Of a stretch of DNA of 64,000 nt, positions 61,201-64,000 are shown one piece after another. The stretch covers positions 29,388,001-29,452,000 of the forward strand of contig NC_135760.1 of assembly GCF_052425735.1 (NCBI RefSeq). Direction: 5' to 3'. Under the pieces are notes generated by a model. That model saw nothing but the letters and a program-made list of their open reading frames with translations. It did no database searches and had not been told where the DNA came from. A program made the translations under genes and the position numbers. The stretch's first letter is position 1; every line of letters begins with the position of its first letter. The stretch comes from Oculina patagonica (Eukaryota).

Positions 61201-62158
61201 TGCAGCTCCTTACAAAGTGCTAATTAAAATTAAAAATTATGTTAATTTTATGAACTGCCATGAACCTTTTTTTATTAAATCTATTTTATTAAAAAAAAAC
61301 ACTAAATATGTGACATGCTGACTAATCAGCAAAAAGGAATTATGTTGCACGAGCCTGTGATTATAAAGTCCCTTTTTCCTATCTTGTTTCCTATTTTCTA
61401 GCTGCTGTCTCTCCTTCTCACTTCTAGGGTGAGTATAAAGTACGGCCTGCAGGTCTAGTTCAGTCATTGTTTTTTATGTGTTTAAACGTAATCATAAAAG
61501 AGAAAAACAATCAATGGAAATCGACACGAAGCACATTTTGATTTCAGGTTAATAAGCTTAAATAATCCATTTCGAGTTTGGTGCAATCAAATTGTATGCC
61601 TTTAAATTAAAATTTCTTAGTTGCCGGAATCCCTTTAAAATGATAATCTAGTAGGGTAATCGGATGGAAGGATACAAAATTCGGATCAAACTGCAACGAG
61701 AGGCGAAGAGCTCTCACGCACGCTCTCTTTTCAAATCAGTGGTCAAATGTGCGCAATTCGAAATTCGATCAGTCCTTCTCATCTTCATGAGTCGACGAGC
61801 GATTTTGCTCGTTTGCAAGGGAAGATGGAAAGATGATTTTAAATCTAGCATTAAGTGCCTTTGATCGCCGCACGTTAGAATGTCGACGGAAGTAGGAGAA
61901 AACTTTCGTCGTTTGGTGCGATAATCGTTGGAAGGTGCGAAGCGCGAACGCTAGCTTACTAGCGTGCGCGCTTCGTTCGCAGCATTTAGACTACTTAAAT
62001 TAATGTTTAGAACTTGCAAAGCTTACAGGTGTCTCGTAGTATGTTCCTCCAAGCTCTTGAATCCACTGAGACAACTTGGTTTTCTCCTCTGTGGTAAATG
62101 AAGATAGCAAAAAGTGAAATCGTTTCTTTACAACTCTCTTCTGTGAGAATGCCGCCAT
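30784..62158 (-). CDS. SLF1: SMC5-SMC6 complex localization factor 1 (ANKRD32/BRCTx), about 1005 aa, 16 exons
   Basis: Phase-consistent exons 62158-62027, 61219-61141, 60507-60276, 59085-58908, 58682-58194, 57683-57603, 56883-56719, 53624-53449, 53098-53015, 51846-51684, 50045-49722 (dup 45392-45069), 49145-49024 (dup 44491-44370), 32495-32449, 32038-31838, 31451-31338, 31214-30784; total 3018 nt counting one copy of each. N-terminal BRCT (CTHVVCGKPSRGEKFLCGCASGKWIL..GKWLDEELYEW) and C-terminal ankyrin repeats ([39 protein letters not shown]) match the SLF1 architecture. Confidence 0.92.
31838..32038 (-). CDS. SLF1: SLF1 ankyrin-repeat exon
   Basis: [44 protein letters not shown] with canonical splice sites. 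Confidence 0.92.
33107..33488 (-). pseudogene. Orphan basic-ORF family copy 4, frameshifted and 3'-truncated, inside SLF1 intron 12
   Basis: MSRKSKPLSMMELCE at 33488, then a frameshifting deletion; homology ends at ~33107. Confidence 0.65.
33655..34640. repeat. ~148-bp repeat array 5, ~6 units, with a short insertion at ~34067-34165
   Basis: Contains the perfect 20-bp palindrome tgttactgacgtcagtaaca at 33735-33754. Confidence 0.9.
35300..35540. promoter_or_regulatory. Subterminal cluster of CRE/ATF-type sites and ~33-bp tandem repeats (mirrored at ~41050-41290)
   Basis: Three TGACGTCA; TTACATCA/TTACGTCA in 4 repeats of aatctaaaaatagaaaaattacatcatcgg; CCAAT and CATAAAA before the 174-aa ORF. 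Confidence 0.5.
35589..36113 (+). CDS. Element cargo ORF, 174 aa: acidic N-terminus and helical C-terminal domain (left arm)
   Basis: Intact ORF with promoter-like motifs upstream and AATAAA at 36171; identical mirror at 40478-41002. Confidence 0.65.
   Translation: MYSSYNQFFQEGYGNIILPDDSGDESDDESSQESEQSFSQDSQSSEEIDSSQEQMEHIDPWSRIQDEVTSRHEAKLETLINEYEQHGDVSEVARVKAENALLPVYRKELRKVLLEYLQWMHAMKKDSTFRKVIETKNELKDTEGYDWLESTELAIDKRKFLLNRLFVKQTVPEH
36983..37357 (-). CDS. Element cargo ORF, 124 aa: C2H2-like zinc finger and basic tail (left arm)
   Basis: CPVPGC-x10-HLTNVH; TATATAA ~55 nt upstream; mirror at 39234-39608. Confidence 0.6.
   Translation of the reverse strand: MVRRVCRDCPVPGCGAKYLVKLSNHLTNVHQLDHNQRRKWLQEAKLQPKVKVIIYQNTENSQKLKACTIPPSIQQQGIDINYQLSTPRKSKDLLKNRSKSIRKTDKTSKRSKITTLQHPRWLSL
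37716..38045 (+). CDS. Element cargo ORF: small signal-peptide LRR protein (left arm)
   Basis: From ATG 37716: hydrophobic MSTVLVFLSLILAYSNA, LRRNT-like CLEGKCRC..IDCS, LRR motifs ILLRGNNL and LVLLDLREN. Confidence 0.65.
   Translation: MSTVLVFLSLILAYSNACLEGKCRCYEALELIDCSHIGLYSMPHAKSIMVNYTSILLRGNNLRNLNLTAILEVFPRLVLLDLRENNKLLCDDLQQFHNFKPIIIITKAL
38546..38875 (-). CDS. Mirror copy of the LRR ORF (right arm)
   Basis: Identical translation in the ORF track. Confidence 0.6.
   Translation of the reverse strand: MSTVLVFLSLILAYSNACLEGKCRCYEALELIDCSHIGLYSMPHAKSIMVNYTSILLRGNNLRNLNLTAILEVFPRLVLLDLRENNKLLCDDLQQFHNFKPIIIITKAL
39234..39608 (+). CDS. Mirror copy of the zinc-finger ORF (right arm)
   Basis: Identical translation. 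Confidence 0.55.
   Translation: MVRRVCRDCPVPGCGAKYLVKLSNHLTNVHQLDHNQRRKWLQEAKLQPKVKVIIYQNTENSQKLKACTIPPSIQQQGIDINYQLSTPRKSKDLLKNRSKSIRKTDKTSKRSKITTLQHPRWLSL
40478..41002 (-). CDS. Mirror copy of the 174-aa ORF (right arm)
   Basis: Identical translation. Confidence 0.6.
   Translation of the reverse strand: MYSSYNQFFQEGYGNIILPDDSGDESDDESSQESEQSFSQDSQSSEEIDSSQEQMEHIDPWSRIQDEVTSRHEAKLETLINEYEQHGDVSEVARVKAENALLPVYRKELRKVLLEYLQWMHAMKKDSTFRKVIETKNELKDTEGYDWLESTELAIDKRKFLLNRLFVKQTVPEH
42624..43457 (-). CDS. Orphan basic disordered protein, copy 5 (277 aa from MSRKS), inside SLF1 intron 12
   Basis: Open ORF. The track start at 43559 includes the TATA-like region, so MSRKS at 43457 is the more likely start by comparison with the paralogues. 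Confidence 0.55.
   Translation of the reverse strand: MSRKSKPLSTRESCEVYQRRNGRFLVEEQEPPKVASNPPFKKGYKNPSSFSNSKSHSTHLPPVNERQTRQSRSPSKLVRVALPQKMKQTDVHCHRATQRQVSQCTNPQGQQRKPQQAKRVTTKQSVARPNHVEEKTERSGGRIALKDGSMIHRQCLAPHALADPGTRRRKTTVKSGTSGRHLKQLTVSKQNEPRDNKPSTEKHQNATNQQQKARDDQMKPRSRRVGAMNQVMPERRLAFQQDTSELPQCTDRRIGLCIQTDPAQQHLTFIRVLRKRF
43675..44030. repeat. ~148-bp repeat array 6 (duplicated at ~48335-48690)
   Basis: Same unit with tgacgtca cores. Confidence 0.85.
44105..44310. repeat. Compound (TCGG/TCGT/TTGG)n microsatellite (duplicated at ~48770-48965)
   Basis: Tetranucleotide runs. Confidence 0.9.
45069..45392 (-). CDS. SLF1: SLF1 exon 11, copy a
   Basis: cag|ITALQTLQ...LSLEKI|gtaag, 324 nt; identical peptide at 49722-50045. 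Confidence 0.75.
47329..48125 (-). pseudogene. Orphan basic-ORF copy 6 (indel-ridden duplicate of copy 5)
   Basis: Colinear with 42624-43457 but with many 1-nt deletions. Confidence 0.6.
49722..50045 (-). CDS. SLF1: SLF1 exon 11, copy b
   Basis: Same 108 codons and splice sites as 45069-45392. Confidence 0.75.
50745..51671. mobile_element. Non-autonomous hAT-like element with 5-bp TSD
   Basis: TIR caggggcggatccagg / cctggatccgcccctg; cttgt duplicated at 50740-50744 and 51672-51676. Confidence 0.8.
52010..52416. mobile_element. Tc1/mariner-like MITE (TA TSD)
   Basis: ta-ccttaaggttacta ... tagtaaccttaagg-ta. Confidence 0.7.
52625..52726. mobile_element. Short pogo/Tigger-like MITE (TA TSD)
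   Basis: ta-cagtagaaccccggtaactcgaactc ... gagttcgagttaccggggttctactg-ta. Confidence 0.8.
54517..56030. repeat. Diverged direct tandem duplication of a ~0.7-0.8-kb intronic segment
   Basis: Shared blocks gtgtgcaagtaaag, ggctaccagccgtttt, gcttgctgcaaaaacattgcgtgactg and tttgaatcctggccaag at ~830-bp spacing. Confidence 0.75.
59395..59706 (-). mobile_element. tRNA-derived SINE
   Basis: Minus strand begins with a tRNA-like head (A box tggccagatgg, B-box-like gttcaagg), followed by a ttgggcaagacactt central motif. Confidence 0.7.
59761..60199. mobile_element. Tc1/mariner-like MITE (TA TSD)
   Basis: ta-ccgtattcatttgattaagcgcc ... ggcgcttaatcgaataaatacgg-ta; internal gcttattcgagg repeats. Confidence 0.75.
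60276..60507 (-). CDS. SLF1: SLF1 exon 3 (end of BRCT1, start of BRCT2)
   Basis: GKWILRREFIEDSLKAGKWLDEELYEW...SPSRWRR...GPFDGWK. Confidence 0.9.
60683..60945. repeat. ~58-bp minisatellite with an inverted terminal unit
   Basis: ggatggtccaag..catccactcctgacca repeated 4 times, then its reverse complement. Confidence 0.65.
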
Positions 62159-62289
62159 GTTGATTACAACAAACTTCCCGCCAAGTGTCGTTTTCCATGG
62201 TATATACATGAAGTATATACCTTTTCCATACCCGCTCCAGTCCCCAACCGTTTGGAATGCTGTGCACTGTCACGTTCCACGATGTAAAC
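62159..62289. promoter_or_regulatory. Compact bidirectional promoter region with an E2F-like site
   Basis: 131 bp between divergent ATGs (62158 -, 62290 +); TTCCCGCC at 62175-62182. Confidence 0.6.
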
Positions 62290-62499
62290 ATGGCCTCCAG
62301 TAGACAAGACGGGAATCGACAAGATGACAGCCAACTGTTGAACTATTTTAACGCTGAAATCATCTTGCAAAGGAAGGATGATGACAGGATACTCCTTTGC
62401 AAATGCAGCAATGAAGATCAGTGGGAATTACCGCGGTTTATTCTCAAAGAAAACGAAAGTTTTCGAAACGGAATTCAGAGGTGGTCGTCAAATCAGCTG
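62290..62499 (+). CDS. First coding exon of a gene with a degenerate Nudix-like N-terminus
   Basis: aaacATGG start, 70 codons, CTG|gtaaga donor. RILLCK..QWELPRFILKENESF..IQR resembles the Nudix fold but lacks the REUXEE box. Confidence 0.55.
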
Positions 62500-63241
62500 G
62501 TAAGAAAGTTCATTCATTCATTTTCTGTATCAGCTACGTGCAGTTCCTTTCTTATTTGTCGTTTATTCATCGTATCTCCCATTAACGCTTATATGTTCCT
62601 CAACAAATGAATGGTATCATTACCACAACAACAGAAAACATTTTATTTTAATTTTTTAATTTATGACTAAAAGGAAATTAGTGACGAAAATGCGCTAAAA
62701 CGACGACTACACGTGCATCATTGCACATAATGAGTGCTTTCTTTTTATATTTGTGCGCAAGAATGGCTAGAAATATTTTGTACTGCCGTCGATTCAACTA
62801 TTCTTGTCTACAGTCCTTTTGGTCAGCACCAAGAATTGCAATCTCTGGTCGGTCTTGATTTTTCCTCAAATCTGATTGGCCGATAAACAGAACAAAAAAA
62901 AGAGAAAAAGTCAAGAGGAAGCTTAAACAGTTTTGTCTGCCTAGATCTTAAGGATCACATTATCAGGGAACTAAAATGGTGTAAAACTAAAAGGCAGGGA
63001 CATTTCAGGTGCAGATCCAGATTGGTTTTTACAGAAATAGGTGATGCTTTTTATAATAAATATATATTTTTGTTTTAACAAATTCCAAGCTACAATATGA
63101 GAATGTGACATAAATCATCATCATCATGACTCATCGCACAAGTAGGCGCATAAGGCCATATGTGACATAAACTTGTCCAGGAAAATATAGTACTTTAGGG
63201 AATCAAAATCTAAAACTTTTCCCAGACGAACATGCCCCAGG

Positions 63242-63545
63242 CCCAGGGGGGTACTTGCAGTATACATGACAGGGGGGTCCGACGGAGCTTCATATTGCGA
63301 ACCCAAAAAAATACATGAGCCTGAAATTTTACACCCAAAAAAATACCTGACATCAAAATTTTCTACCCCAAAAAGTACAAGACCTAGCACCTCTATATTG
63401 ATTTATTCAATAAAACAGACTTTAAGACCTAAAAAAATATATGACAGATCTCTTGACCCAAAAAAAATACCGAGGGTGTAAATTTTCAACCGAAAAAAAT
63501 ACGTCGGACCTCCCCCGTCATGTATACTGCAAGTACCCCCCTGGG
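63242..63545. mobile_element. MITE with CCCAGGGGGG termini
   Basis: cccaggggggtacttgcagtatacatgac ... gtcatgtatactgcaagtacccccctggg. Confidence 0.75.
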
Positions 63546-64000
63546 GCCCAAGGACCCTCCTAAAAGCTTGCACCTTTGGTGCTCATATAATCAGGGAATA
63601 CACCGAATGCAAATATGGCGGACCACTTGGTCGGTGCCTGGGACGAGCTGCATGAAAGCGAGGCTAGTCAGGCTTCGGTCTTTTGTTTTGACAATGCTTT
63701 TGTACAAAAGTCTTACTTATTTGTCGATCTGGTGTTTTTTTTTTTTCGCTGCGCCTACGAGTTGCTGTGTTTCTGAATGCCACAAGAAGTGATAGAAGTG
63801 TTCACCGTTTGTCTCTAAGGGAAAAATTGGATCAATGCAATTCGTTGAGATGAAAGAAAGGAGTTCGCAATCGCTGCGGGAACTATTGAGGTTTGTTCGC
63901 TACATTTCAGGTTCGAAGATCTTAGAAATTTTGTATAAATGACGAGCTTATGTGGTGTCTGGTGGTGTTCCAGCACGAGTTGCATGGCCAGTACCTTTCC

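Noticed and set aside
30784-62158. Idea that the Polinton targeted SLF1 to disable SMC5/6 antiviral silencing
   Set aside because: A single intronic insertion is not evidence of targeting, and SMC5/6 viral silencing is mainly attributed to SLF2/SIMC1 rather than SLF1.

Overview
Eukaryotic (metazoan) genomic DNA: AT-rich, with spliceosomal GT-AG introns and many transposons. The repeat families look like those of stony corals or other cnidarians (inference, not verified). Host genes: the 3' part of SFSWAP (+, 8 exons, 4980-13435); a complete 16-exon SLF1/ANKRD32 (-, 62158-30784, about 1005 aa, BRCT + ankyrin); and the first exon of a divergently transcribed Nudix-like gene (+, 62290). Two unusual systems stand out. 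(1) A 6,116-bp Polinton/Maverick-type element (AGTAGT...ACTACT ends, 6-bp TSD ATCGGA) that is one giant fold-back palindrome (two ~3.05-kb arms, 10-nt loop). It has no polymerase, integrase or capsid gene, carries mirrored LRR, zinc-finger and acidic ORFs, and sits inside an SLF1 intron. It is a candidate snap-back defective element and possible hairpin-RNA source. (2) A locally amplified family of intronless, basic, disordered orphan ORFs (six copies, all on the - strand). Each copy has an upstream tandem array of ~148-bp repeats carrying a palindromic CRE and a TTACGCAA bZIP-type site. Also present: a 4.7-kb tandem duplication that is probably an assembly artefact, a decayed Crypton with a nested LINE, many MITEs, a SINE and two N-gaps.
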